From assembly GCA_918797485.1 (NCBI GenBank), contig CAKKNE010000006.1:62001-126000 (forward strand): a DNA stretch of 64,000 bases, written 5' to 3'. The stretch comes from Pelagomonas calceolata (Eukaryota). Of this stretch, positions 29,271 to 39,446 are shown in pieces; position 1 is the stretch's first letter, and each line of letters starts with the position of its first letter. The position numbers and the translations under genes were made by a program. A model generated the notes under the pieces. That model did no database searches. It had not been told where the DNA came from and saw only the letters and a list, made by a program, of their open reading frames with translations.

Positions 29271-31025
29271 ATGACCGCACTCGTCGCGCTGCTGCTAGCG
29301 CTCCCGGCCAGAGCCCTCGACCTCGCCATCGTCGGCGCGGGACCAGTGGGCACCAGCGCAGCGCTGCGCGCCGCGGAGCTGGGCAAATCCGTCGCGTTGA
29401 TCGATGCGCCGGAGTTCTCCGGAGCCTTGTCCGCGGCGGACGGCGAGGACCTGTCGTTCGGCGCGCCGTCGGGCCTGTTCTCCAAGGCCCTGCGCGACAC
29501 GGCGAAGAAGTTCTCCGTCGAGACGCTGCGGCAGATGGGTTTGGACGATACTTCGATATGGGACCAGATAAAGTTTTCCTGCGCGTCGCTCGCCCGAGCG
29601 AACGCGCGCGCGGCCTTCCTGGACGTCGAGAGCGCCGGCGTCGAGTATATAAGGGGAAAGGCCGTCTTAGCGGACGGCGGCCAGACGGTCTGCATCGATA
29701 ATCAACGGAAGCTCTCGCCGGACAACATTTTGCTGTGCACCGGGTCGCGGCCGTTCCGAATTCCAGGGATCCCCTTCGACGGTAAGCGCATCTTCGAATC
29801 AGATAGCATAAACACGCTGACCTACCTCCCCAAGAGCATCGCCATCACCGGTTCCGGCATCGTCGCCATCGAGTTCGCGCAGATCTTCGCGAGTTTAGGG
29901 GCTGAGGTCACGCTCATTGTGCGAGATCAGAATCCAGCTCGAGCTTTATCGAAGATCGGGTTGGACAAGGACATCGCCGCCGCAGTCCTGGCCGATCTAA
30001 AGGCGAAGCGCATCCGCACGGTAAAGGGCGCGGAGGCCGTGGCATTTGAGGTGCCCGAAAGGCCGCGGCCCGTCGTTGTTAAATTACAAGCCCCCGGCGG
30101 CGGCCCCGTCAAGGGTTCCGTTCAAGAGTTGAGAGTGGACGCCTACCTCGCCGCGGTGGGGCGGAAGCCCAATACCGACAACCTGGCGCGACGCGGTGCT
30201 GAATCATCGCGTCGACCCCCACGCCATCGACGCGTTCTCATCTCAGTTGATTTCCCACGCAGGGCCTCGAGGAGGCCGGCATCGAACTCGATGAATATGG
30301 AGACATCACCGTGGACGGCACGCTGCGCTGCCGCACGGCGCAGCACTCGATTTATGCCGCTGGAGATGTTGTAGGAAGACCATTCTTGGCATCTACGGGC
30401 GCCGCACAGGCCGTCGCGGCGGTGGGCGCGATGTTCTCGACGGTGGGCGACTACTGCTCGCTCGACGAGGGGCTGGGCGCGACGGGCGCGCGCTACGACC
30501 CGGCGTCGCTGGCATCGAACCCCTTCCAGTTCCCGGTAGGGCTCTGGTCCACGCCGGAGGTCGCCTACTTCGGCCTGTCGAAGAAGCAGGCCGATTCCAT
30601 AGGGTACGAGGCCGACGAGGGCCTGGCGCTCTACAAGCAGTGTTTACGAGGCGTTGTGTTCGCGCCAGAGGGCCTGCTGAAACTAGTTTTTGAGAAGGGG
30701 TCCGGGAGGATCCTGGGCGTGCACATTGTGGGGGCCAGTGCACAAATCAACTTTCGCGGCATGCACCCGACTCACTTGGTTGATTTGCGCACAGGTCGGC
30801 GCCGACGCCTGCGAGCTAATCCACTACGGTATGGAACTGGTGCGCGCGGAGCGCACGATCCAGTCCGTGCTGGAAGCGACGTACTCGGCCGTGACCTTCC
30901 ACGAGCTCTACACGGTGGCGGCGCGCGCGGGCATGGATCCCAAAGGGGGCCGGGCGCGGCGACGGGCAGCGGGCGCTGCCTGGGCCTCGCGGCGGATAGC
31001 CCTCAAACAGGGGACGTTCAATTAA
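29271..31025 (+). CDS. Soluble pyridine nucleotide transhydrogenase (SthA/UdhA)-like flavoprotein; exons 29271-30185, 30263-30727, 30795-31025
   Basis: GAGPVG, SKALRD, TGSRP, GSGIVAIEFA, GRKPNTDNL-GLEEAG, IYAAGDVVG, GVHI-VGADACELIH; two introns restore the frame. Confidence 0.8.
30186..30262 (+). mobile_element. Decayed family B introner forming a GC-AG intron
   Basis: Ends GTTGATTTCCCACGCAG. Internal GTGCTGAATC.TCGCGTCGACC..CACGCCATCGACGCG matches the reverse complement of the 24843 copy. The left TIR is lost. Confidence 0.75.
30736..30794 (+). mobile_element. Short family A introner (intron 30728-30794)
   Basis: TIR CAGTGCACAAATCAAC/GTTGATTTGCGCACAG; TSD GTGGGGGC/GTCGGCGC (6 of 8). Confidence 0.9.
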
Positions 31026-31066
31026 GAGATAAATTGTGTCAATTCTATATTTACCCGCGACGCGAC

Positions 31067-33076
31067 CTACGCCAGCTTGGAGACCTCCTTGCGCTTGTAC
31101 CACGGGATGCCGTCGTGGACGTCGTAGATCTCCTGCGTCATGTGGATGAGGTAGAGCGCGACGTGAATCGGGATCAGGTACGGCCTCGCGGCGCCGACTT
31201 GCGGCACGACGTGCAGACCCAGCAAAGCGACGACCTGGCCGAGGATCATGGGGTGCGGCAGCACGTTGTAGGGGAATTTGGTCACGAACTTGTAGTCCGC
31301 CTTGACCACGCCCAGCTCGATGCCGAAGTAGGTTCCGTCGACGCCGAGCGCCGCAGTCGCGCACAGGCTGACAAAGTAGCCAGCGATGATCAGAACCAGA
31401 GAGTCGGGCCGGAAGCAGGGCACCGGCTCGCACGTCGTCTCCTTCCACAGCGGCGACGCGTATAAAGCGAATAATTGCATGAGAGCAATTGATTTAAATA
31501 GCAACACGTCCCGCTTGAACGCGCCGAACGCCACGCCTTTGCGGACGTAGTACGTACAGATATATCTCAGGTAATGGAGGTACTGCGTCCCGTACAGGAA
31601 GACGTCGTAGGACGTCACCGACGACAATAAGGCCAACGCCGCGTAGAAGCACACGTTGCCGAAGCCCACGTACTTCTCGACGGCGTTGTAGGCCACGGTG
31701 GTACCGTTCACACCTAAGTCGGCCACGAACTTCTCAAATTTCGACTGGGGCGCGATCGTGGCCAGAAAGAGCGCGCGGAACGCCTCGTTGTACTTGGTAG
31801 ACAACCAATGTAAAGGCTTGCCGCAGCACCACCACAGCCCTCGCGGCGCGACGGCGTAGTGCAGCTTGAGGATCATGCGCCATTTTTGGGTGGGGTCCTG
31901 CTTGAGGGCTTCGACGTTGTCCGGGTGCCAGGCGCCGCCGGGCTTCGTCGAGATGAAATGCGACTCGCGGTGGAAGTCGAACCCGAGAATATCACCTTCG
32001 ACGGCCTGGCAGTCCGCGTGGGCGTTGGGAAAGTGCGTTTCATAGCCCGCGACGTTCGCGTCCATGGCTACGATACACCGGAACACCGACGCAAACGGAA
32101 AGAAGCAGTACGGCCCGTCGACGTGCTCCGTGAAGAACACGTCGTCCGAATTCTTGCTGGACTCGTCGCGGCGGCACGGGGCGCTTACGTAGAGCTCGTT
32201 CATGCCCCTTACGGGTTCCAGCGCGTAGCCCGCCTTGCTGAACTTGGTCCTAAATAAGTCGTCGACGACCTTGCCCGTCGCTAACCTCTCGAAGGCCTTG
32301 AGCGTAGGCTCGTCGAGATCCGACATCCACCAGTGCGACGTCATGTCGTGGTTCGGACCCTTCTGGACGCACCAGGTACGGCACGCTTTCAGGTCTCTCA
32401 CGTCCTCTGGGGACGTGAATTTGCCCTGTAACAGACGGCTCTTGGCCGGCAGGAAGGGTAGGCCAGGCAGCGAGTCCGAGTCTATCGACAGGTTGCCCCA
32501 CGCCACCAACAGAGCGGGTAAGAGCGTACAGACAGCTTGGATCGTGGACGACGCCGACTCCACAGTTAACGGGAGCAGGTACACGACGTGCTCGAAGAAC
32601 ATCGAGATCATGTCCGTAGCCTGGACATCTGCAGCGCCCCAGCTGTTGGCTTGGAGCGTCTCTTCTCCATAGATGATATGAGCTAAGTCCTGCAAGCCGT
32701 AGCCCAGCACAACGAGTACGACGGACGCCGCCCAGCCCAGGTCGAGCCGCAACGACACTATGGAGACGACGAAGAGCACGCAGGCGCACTTCGCCGCCAG
32801 CAGATTCGGCACGTCCGTCGCGAAGAGGGCGACGGCGTAGGCGAGCCAGACGCTCGCGGCCGTGGCGCGCGCAACATTTGCTCTCTGTTTGTCCTTGCTC
32901 AGGGAGACGCAGCCTCGGATAATGAGACCGGCGGTGCCGAGGAGACCGAGCAACAGCGTGAACGCGTGCGCGTTACAGTTGCCAGGCAACTGGTGGTACT
33001 GCGCGAACTTGGCGTGGACCGCGGCGTAGGAGCCGGGCGCGTGTTCGACCGCGGGTGGTGCGCGTTTGCCGAACAT
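31067..33076 (-). CDS. Multi-domain membrane protein with C-terminal phospholipid methyltransferase (PEMT)-like domain
   Basis: ALGVDGTYFG.ELG...FPYNVLPHPM (PEMT-like); N-terminal TM block with YH...N..AH and QDLAH...E (DUF962/Mpo1-like); central soluble HVDGP domain. Confidence 0.7.
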   Translation of the reverse strand: MFGKRAPPAVEHAPGSYAAVHAKFAQYHQLPGNCNAHAFTLLLGLLGTAGLIIRGCVSLSKDKQRANVARATAASVWLAYAVALFATDVPNLLAAKCACVLFVVSIVSLRLDLGWAASVVLVVLGYGLQDLAHIIYGEETLQANSWGAADVQATDMISMFFEHVVYLLPLTVESASSTIQAVCTLLPALLVAWGNLSIDSDSLPGLPFLPAKSRLLQGKFTSPEDVRDLKACRTWCVQKGPNHDMTSHWWMSDLDEPTLKAFERLATGKVVDDLFRTKFSKAGYALEPVRGMNELYVSAPCRRDESSKNSDDVFFTEHVDGPYCFFPFASVFRCIVAMDANVAGYETHFPNAHADCQAVEGDILGFDFHRESHFISTKPGGAWHPDNVEALKQDPTQKWRMILKLHYAVAPRGLWWCCGKPLHWLSTKYNEAFRALFLATIAPQSKFEKFVADLGVNGTTVAYNAVEKYVGFGNVCFYAALALLSSVTSYDVFLYGTQYLHYLRYICTYYVRKGVAFGAFKRDVLLFKSIALMQLFALYASPLWKETTCEPVPCFRPDSLVLIIAGYFVSLCATAALGVDGTYFGIELGVVKADYKFVTKFPYNVLPHPMILGQVVALLGLHVVPQVGAARPYLIPIHVALYLIHMTQEIYDVHDGIPWYKRKEVSKLA

Positions 33077-33404
33077 GGCTGCCGCGGCGTGTGGATTGGC
33101 TGGCCAGCAGAGGGTTTCCACAGGTAGTTGTGTGGCCGTAACAGACGAGCTCGCAGTGCGAGAGCGATTCAAATGAGAACTGTGGAGGCCTTGAGGCTAC
33201 AGAAACAGCCTTCACGACTCCTCTGCGCTCGCCTACGCTGAGGATAGCGCTCGACACAGTCGAGCTGGCCGCTAGTACCTTTTTCTATCTAGAGAGTTTA
33301 CGCTAGAAATTTCCTGCGATGCAGGGCAAGCCCTCGCCGCCCGCCAGGCACCGTAACATGATGATGTAGTAAAACTTCTTACCGGCGGCAGCACGCGGGG
33401 AAAC

Positions 33405-36400
33405 TCAGTCGCTCTCCTCAAACGAGTCCCCATCATCGCCCTCGACGACGGACGCCTGGCGCCCGAGCCGCGACGAGTACTGGGGCGACGCGCTCACGGC
33501 GTCGAGCGTGTCGATCTCGGGGATGTCGTCGACGGACGCGGAGTCGTGCGAGTCCGCGAGCGTGCGGCGCGTGCGCGCCGGTTGTGCCGGCGACGCCTCC
33601 CCCAGCGTCGGGATGTGCACTTCATCGTCGTCGGACGACGGCGCCGGTTGCGGCGCCTCGGCAATATCACCATCGTCGGACTCGGAGTCGTCCCAGGAGT
33701 TGTCGCTGTTTGAGGGAGAGTTCTTCGCCGGGCCGTCGATGGGCGCGGGCGCGGGCGCCGGCGAGAAGGGGCTCCGGTAGGGCTTCTTCGGCGCGGTTTG
33801 TGGCGGCGACGCCTCCTTGGTGAAGGGCTCGGGCAGCGTCTCGTCGTCGGGCAGCGTGTAGGAGCTTCTACCGGGCAGCGGCGGCGACGGTGCGGGCGCG
33901 GGCACGTCGGGGTTGCCGAAGGGGCTCTTGTAGGGCTTGCGAGCCGACAGGGAGGCCTCGGAGTCACTGAAGGGCGACTTGTAGGCCTTGGGTGACGGCG
34001 CCTTGGCCTCCTCGACGGGTTCCGGCGGCGGCGACTTCTTCTTCTTCGGCTTGATCTTCTCGACCGGCGACGAGAAGGCCTCGTCCTTGGGCTTCGACAG
34101 GACCACTCTTCTGGAACGCCCGAGCGGGTCGTCCGATTTCGTGGACGACGACGCCGTCTCCGAAGGGACACCGCCGCCGCGCGCGAGCACCGTGCGCACG
34201 GACCCCGGCGCCTGCTGCCGCTTTGAGGAAGATGACGAGGGCGGCGGCGGCGACGTCGTGGTCTTGTCATCGCCGCCGAAGTGACTCGGTGACGACGCGC
34301 GCTGGAAGGAAGCGCGGCCGTGCTCCAATCTAACATCGGAGTGGAGCTCGTCGACGCGCCGCGCGACGGCATCTAACTCCACTAAAACACGATCCGTCCT
34401 TTGTAGCGCACCCTTGGCCACGTTCCGGACGCCATCTAGTTCCACCCGTCGATCTCTCTCGAGATCGCGCATTTCCTTCGCGAGCTTCTCGACGGCCAGC
34501 GTCTGCGACGCGGCGAGCTCGCCGTGGTGTCTTTGTATTAACTGCCTCAGATCGTTCTGCTCCGTTTCCACCGTCGCGACTCTTCGCTCATATTGTTGTG
34601 TGGTGCGGAACTTGTCCTGGAGTTCCTCGACCTGGCGCTTCGACGAGGTCAAGAAGGCCTCGTACTTCTTCTGGATGCCCTCCAACGTTTCTCTTTGTTG
34701 GGAAAACCTCCGATCCGAATTCTCGGAGGCCGCTTGCGCCTTCGCGAGGGCATCTTGCGCATCCCGTTCACATCGCGCCACGCGTTGCGGTTGGAGCGAC
34801 TGCGCGTGGGCTTTCAAAGCCGCGAGCTGCTCGTCCATGGCGGCTAACCGTTGGTTCTGGGACTGATCTTCTTTCCTGAGCAGGTTGTCGGCGTCGGCCA
34901 ATCTCTCTAAAGTCGCCTCGGCACCGAGGACGCGGTCGCCGCCGTCGCGCCAGGCCTCCAAGCGTTTCACTCTACGATCGTGCACCTCCAGGTCGCCCTG
35001 GCGTTCTCTCAGCGACGTCTCGATGGCGCCGCGGACGTGCGTCTCCAGCGACTTGACGCCTTCCTCGAGCGCATCCAAACGAGAAGAAGCAGCACCAGCT
35101 CGCCTAACAGCAGGGATGTTCTCGACGTCGGCGATGGCCTGGTTCCTTCTGTCTTGCTCTTTGGCTTCTAGCTGGGAAATGGCCGCGAGCGTGTCCGCGT
35201 GCTGGCGTCGCAACGCCGAAACGTCGGCGCGCGCCTCGTCGGCATACACGGAGCACTTCTGGAGCACTTCCGCCCGGTCGCGATCCCGTCGCGTGCGCGC
35301 CGCGGCTTCCGCGGCATCGACGAATGATTGAGTTTGCTTAGTTGCGTCCAAAGCTTCCGCGGCCTTGGCCAGGGCCTTCTGGCAGGCGTCCTCCACCTCT
35401 CTAGTCCGTTTTCGATCTTCATCTTCCAGGAACTGCTCCCGGTTCTTCACGCGGTCCTGAGTGCGCCGCACCTCGTCCCGCAGATCTCGTAATAAAGTAT
35501 CGTGCTCTTCCGTACGAGCGATGGCCGCGTCGACCTTCCGCTTCCTTTCCTGAGCCTGGTCGGCGGCTTCACTTCCAAACGCGGCGTCGCCACCCAAGAC
35601 AGCTAACAAACCACCTCGGCCGCGCGTCCCGGCCGCCTGGAGCTTGGCCAACACCTGGTCCTCGGCGTCCTTGGCGGCGCGCTCGGCGTGTCGCTCGAGC
35701 GTCGGCTGGAGCTTCACCGGTAAGGCCTTGGCGAGCTTCTCCTCAAGCCTCGTCTCGGCCTCGGAGACCGCGCCGGCGACGACGCCCTTGATGAGGAGCT
35801 CGGACGGTCGCTGAGATGTGAGCGCCTCATCAACGTCACCCGGCGCGATGTTCTCGAAGGAGCCGCCGGACCGCAGGGCCGCGACGTGGCGTCTTACCAA
35901 AGATAATTCTCTCTCCAGATGAGCCTGGACCGGCACGACGGCGGCCGACGCCGCGGCGTGCGCCTGGACCTGGGCCCGCGCGACGACGTCCCCTTCCATT
36001 CCATCGCCCCCGGCCATCCTCCTGACCGTCTCGAGCAGCTCCGAGTTTTGGCGCCGCAACTCGTCCCGGTCACTTCGCAACTGCGCGACGTCCGCGTCGA
36101 CGCGCCGCCGCCAGGCCTCCTCCTCGGCCCGCTCCGCATCTCGGCGCGCGAACCAGTCCCGCTTCGACTCGGACTCGTGCCGCAGTGCCTCCAGAGCGAG
36201 CTCCAGCGTCTGGCAGGACCGCTGCGTCTCCTGGTACTCCCTCCTTCGGAGTTCCATGTCGCCCTTCAGGTAGTCCGTCGCCGCCTTCGCTTCCCTCGCG
36301 TCGTTTCCCACTACTTTGAGCCCTGATCGGAGCATGTCTTCCAGGTCAGCCTTTAAAGCATGCGCGGCTTTGACCGTCGCCCGCCTTTCGAACTGGGCGT

Positions 36401-36599
36401 CGGCCTCTTCGAGCGGGGACACGGGCGTAGGGCGACGCATCAAGGCTTCGCTGGGCGACGCCCAGCGCTGCGGCCTTCGGGGAGGCGGCACGTTCTCTTC
36501 CTGATACGACTCGTAGCCCCGGTTGTAACTATCGAGGATGGCGCGCGGCGCCTTGTGCTGGAGCTGGGCCTCCCAGGCGTCGTGGCTCAGGTACGCCAT
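33405..36599 (-). CDS. Coiled-coil protein with Pro/Ser/Asp-rich tail
   Basis: 1064-codon ORF with typical codon bias; YKSPF repeats in the tail. Confidence 0.8.
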   Translation of the reverse strand: MAYLSHDAWEAQLQHKAPRAILDSYNRGYESYQEENVPPPRRPQRWASPSEALMRRPTPVSPLEEADAQFERRATVKAAHALKADLEDMLRSGLKVVGNDAREAKAATDYLKGDMELRRREYQETQRSCQTLELALEALRHESESKRDWFARRDAERAEEEAWRRRVDADVAQLRSDRDELRRQNSELLETVRRMAGGDGMEGDVVARAQVQAHAAASAAVVPVQAHLERELSLVRRHVAALRSGGSFENIAPGDVDEALTSQRPSELLIKGVVAGAVSEAETRLEEKLAKALPVKLQPTLERHAERAAKDAEDQVLAKLQAAGTRGRGGLLAVLGGDAAFGSEAADQAQERKRKVDAAIARTEEHDTLLRDLRDEVRRTQDRVKNREQFLEDEDRKRTREVEDACQKALAKAAEALDATKQTQSFVDAAEAAARTRRDRDRAEVLQKCSVYADEARADVSALRRQHADTLAAISQLEAKEQDRRNQAIADVENIPAVRRAGAASSRLDALEEGVKSLETHVRGAIETSLRERQGDLEVHDRRVKRLEAWRDGGDRVLGAEATLERLADADNLLRKEDQSQNQRLAAMDEQLAALKAHAQSLQPQRVARCERDAQDALAKAQAASENSDRRFSQQRETLEGIQKKYEAFLTSSKRQVEELQDKFRTTQQYERRVATVETEQNDLRQLIQRHHGELAASQTLAVEKLAKEMRDLERDRRVELDGVRNVAKGALQRTDRVLVELDAVARRVDELHSDVRLEHGRASFQRASSPSHFGGDDKTTTSPPPPSSSSSKRQQAPGSVRTVLARGGGVPSETASSSTKSDDPLGRSRRVVLSKPKDEAFSSPVEKIKPKKKKSPPPEPVEEAKAPSPKAYKSPFSDSEASLSARKPYKSPFGNPDVPAPAPSPPLPGRSSYTLPDDETLPEPFTKEASPPQTAPKKPYRSPFSPAPAPAPIDGPAKNSPSNSDNSWDDSESDDGDIAEAPQPAPSSDDDEVHIPTLGEASPAQPARTRRTLADSHDSASVDDIPEIDTLDAVSASPQYSSRLGRQASVVEGDDGDSFEESD

Positions 36600-37018
36600 T
36601 GGCCCGCTTCCAACTGAGACTGCCTTGGCAGACTTACTCCCTCAACCAGCCTCCGCGTTGGTCCTGCGGCGCGACGGAGCGCGGTACCGGAAAATTCGCC
36701 GCGAGGGGCTGCGGTAGTCGTCGCGAGGGGCTGCGCTTTTGTGCGCTTTTGTGCGCTTTTTGCACCCAACTGTTGGCCTTTGGTTAAAATACTACTATTG
36801 CGAGGTTGTGCGCGGGGGGCCCTGGCGCGGGGACGACTCTTCTTTGGGGCTCTGGGGAGGAGTGGTGATGGGCATGCGTGCCGTCCGGAGTAAAAAAAAC
36901 CGGCGGAAAAAAACGCGCGACGCCGCGGCTCCACAGATCTCCTTCAAAGTTAGATACACCGCGAAATTACACAGAGATAGTGTCGCACCGCACGAACGGA
37001 TCATCATCGGAGCAGAGC

Positions 37019-38776
37019 CTAGCCGGACCCCGACGGCAGCAGCCGCCGCAGCGACGAGAAGGCTTTGGACGCGGCGCTCTTCTGGCGCCGCGGTTGCACA
37101 GCAGCGGCCGGCACTTGGGCGAGCTCCTCGTGGCCCAGGAGCCCGCCGCGCGGCGCCAATTCGGAAGGAAAGCGCTCGACGAGCCGCCACAAGACGTTCG
37201 ACATATCCCGATCCGCGCGGTGCTGCGCGACGCGCTCCCACGCATCATCATCTTCAATGCGCGACATGGCCGGGCCGACCGCCGTCTCCGAGGGCTCGAG
37301 GAAGCCGGACGAGCCGTCCCTTTCCAGTTTTCCTTCGGGGAGCCCCTGGAGGTAGGGGTGTTGTAAGGCTTCGTCCAATGATAGTCTATCTTCTGGTAGG
37401 AACGTAAGCATCTTGTCTAATAAATCAACACAGTCTGATGGAACGCCCCGCAGCACGCGATGCAAGTCCGACGCCTGCCGCGGCTGCAACCTTCGGAGGT
37501 AAGCTTTCATGCCCTTGTAGTCGTGCTCCAAACTATCAATTTCCGCGGGCGTCGGCGTGCCCCGCACCCGAAAGATGGCTTGGAGCTGATCATTCTTCTG
37601 GTGCCAGCCGCCGCGCCCCCCGGCCGCCGGCGAGAGCGGGAAGCAGCTTCTACCGGGAAACAGCGGCCTTCTGCCTTCCCTATGCTCCACAACTTCTTTA
37701 CAAGTGCCCAGGAAACACTCCGCAATGACACAAGCACAAGCCCAGACGTCGACCGCGAACCCATACGGCTGCAACAGCACCAACTCCGGGGACCGGTACC
37801 ACCTCGTAACGACGTGCTCCGTGTAGGTCCGCCGCATCTCCGGCCGCTGGCCGACGGTCGGGGTCTGCGCGCCCGTCGTCTCCTCGTCGGACTCGCCGTC
37901 GCCGACGTCGATGTCCTGCGTCGCCACCACAGGACTCGAACCGGCCTGGCCCGTCTCCACGTCCAATTTGTCGAAGTCGCCCGTCAGCGCCTCGACGTCG
38001 TCGGCCGCCGGCAGCACGCGTTTTGACTTCGGGGGTGTGGTCTTCTCCGGGTGCGGCATGGGAGACCGTTCGCGCGGCGCGATGCGCGCCAGGCCGAAGT
38101 CGCAAACTTTTAATGCTCCGGACCCGTGCAATAATAGATTCGCCGGTTTTATATCTCTATGAATGACGTCCTTCGAGTGGATATGTCTCATCGCGGTAAT
38201 AAGTTCTCTTGTTAAGCGTCTCGCATCAGGCAGGGTCATATAACACTCCATCTTCGTGAGCTGTCTGAAATCAACTACACAGGCCTCGAACCAGAGGTAT
38301 AAATCTCGTCTGTGTCTCGATGACCTATCTGATGGCGTCGAGCAGCCATATAAACTCACGACTCCGGGAGCTTCCCGCAACCTTCTCAATACTAACAATT
38401 CGCGAACAAACCTCCGGGAGATCTCCCACGACTCCATATCCACATCACGCATGACCTTGATGGCGCAGGGCACCGTGCCTCCCTTGCTATTGGAGGTGCC
38501 GACCCAGCTCGCCTCGAACACCTTCGCGTACGCACCAGCCCCGAGGCCGCCCCGCATGACCCAGCCCGGGCCCAAGGCGTCCACCACATGACTCGGGATC
38601 TGGCCCGGGTCGCCTCGCGACGTGCCCGCACTGCCCCGCTTCCTCTCGAGGAACGCTAACACTTGATCGACGCCGATGGCCGGTCGCTCTGAAGAGCCAT
38701 CCGGTAAACCGTCGTCCTTACGTCTGACGGAACTCCGCCTCGGCGAGCCGGAGCCCCCCGCGAAGAAGCGCATCAT
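37019..38776 (-). CDS. Atypical MAP kinase (TEH activation motif)
   Basis: GAGAYAKV, AIK, HRDIKPAN, DFG, TEHVVTRWYRSPE, LFPG, ALQHPY. Confidence 0.9.
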   Translation of the reverse strand: MMRFFAGGSGSPRRSSVRRKDDGLPDGSSERPAIGVDQVLAFLERKRGSAGTSRGDPGQIPSHVVDALGPGWVMRGGLGAGAYAKVFEASWVGTSNSKGGTVPCAIKVMRDVDMESWEISRRFVRELLVLRRLREAPGVVSLYGCSTPSDRSSRHRRDLYLWFEACVVDFRQLTKMECYMTLPDARRLTRELITAMRHIHSKDVIHRDIKPANLLLHGSGALKVCDFGLARIAPRERSPMPHPEKTTPPKSKRVLPAADDVEALTGDFDKLDVETGQAGSSPVVATQDIDVGDGESDEETTGAQTPTVGQRPEMRRTYTEHVVTRWYRSPELVLLQPYGFAVDVWACACVIAECFLGTCKEVVEHREGRRPLFPGRSCFPLSPAAGGRGGWHQKNDQLQAIFRVRGTPTPAEIDSLEHDYKGMKAYLRRLQPRQASDLHRVLRGVPSDCVDLLDKMLTFLPEDRLSLDEALQHPYLQGLPEGKLERDGSSGFLEPSETAVGPAMSRIEDDDAWERVAQHRADRDMSNVLWRLVERFPSELAPRGGLLGHEELAQVPAAAVQPRRQKSAASKAFSSLRRLLPSGSG

Positions 38777-39030
38777 CGGTGTATGTCCCGGTTTTGTGTG
38801 AGCCCTTTCAGCTCGCGCGGGTAACCGGGTACCGCGCCTATGTGCGCTGCTCGCTGCCGACCGCCGGCGCCGCTCGTAATTAATGCTTGGCTTCGCGCGC
38901 AGCTTTTCCGGTCGCCGGCGTCAAGCCCGACGCTGGGGTATGGCTTCCTATGGCCTCCCTCGGCAGAGGTCGGCAGCGCGTCGCCGGCGCAGCAGAAGCA
39001 GCGCCGCTCGCCTTTTTTTGAGATGTGCAA

Positions 39031-39168
39031 AGGAGCACTACGCAGCGATGCGCCTGGGATTTTGCGTCTTTTCACGGCGCCCGAGTGTGCAGGCTGCCTG
39101 GTATTTTGCGCAGCCTGCCTCGCTCACTCAGAAGTGCTTCCAGTGCTCGGTGATCAGTCTGAGGGGTG
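39031..39168. repeat. Direct repeat copy 1 (~135 bp; partner at 42676-42809)
   Basis: Collinear shared blocks AGGAGCACTACGCAGCGATGC, GGGATTTTGC, GAGTGTGC, TGCCTCGCTCAC, GCTCGGTGATC, GTCTGAG. Confidence 0.9.
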
Positions 39169-39446
39169 CGTTTGTCCGTTCGAGGCTTGAATTTGAGTCC
39201 AATCCCATCACATGGCCCGCGCCCGGTGGCCGCCATCCGAGATACATATTCGAGGACGCCCGGGGCGCCTCAGGAGCGGTGGCGGTGGAGCCGTGCCGAC
39301 GGCCGTCGATGCGGGCCAGCCCTTTGTTGACACTTCGCAGTAAAACCCGCGCGCGCGCAGACAAGGGATCATTGGCTGTGAAGAAGACAAAAGAAAGTTA
39401 AACAACACCCCCGCCCCGCCGACGCGAGAAAGAAGGCGCTGGAGGG

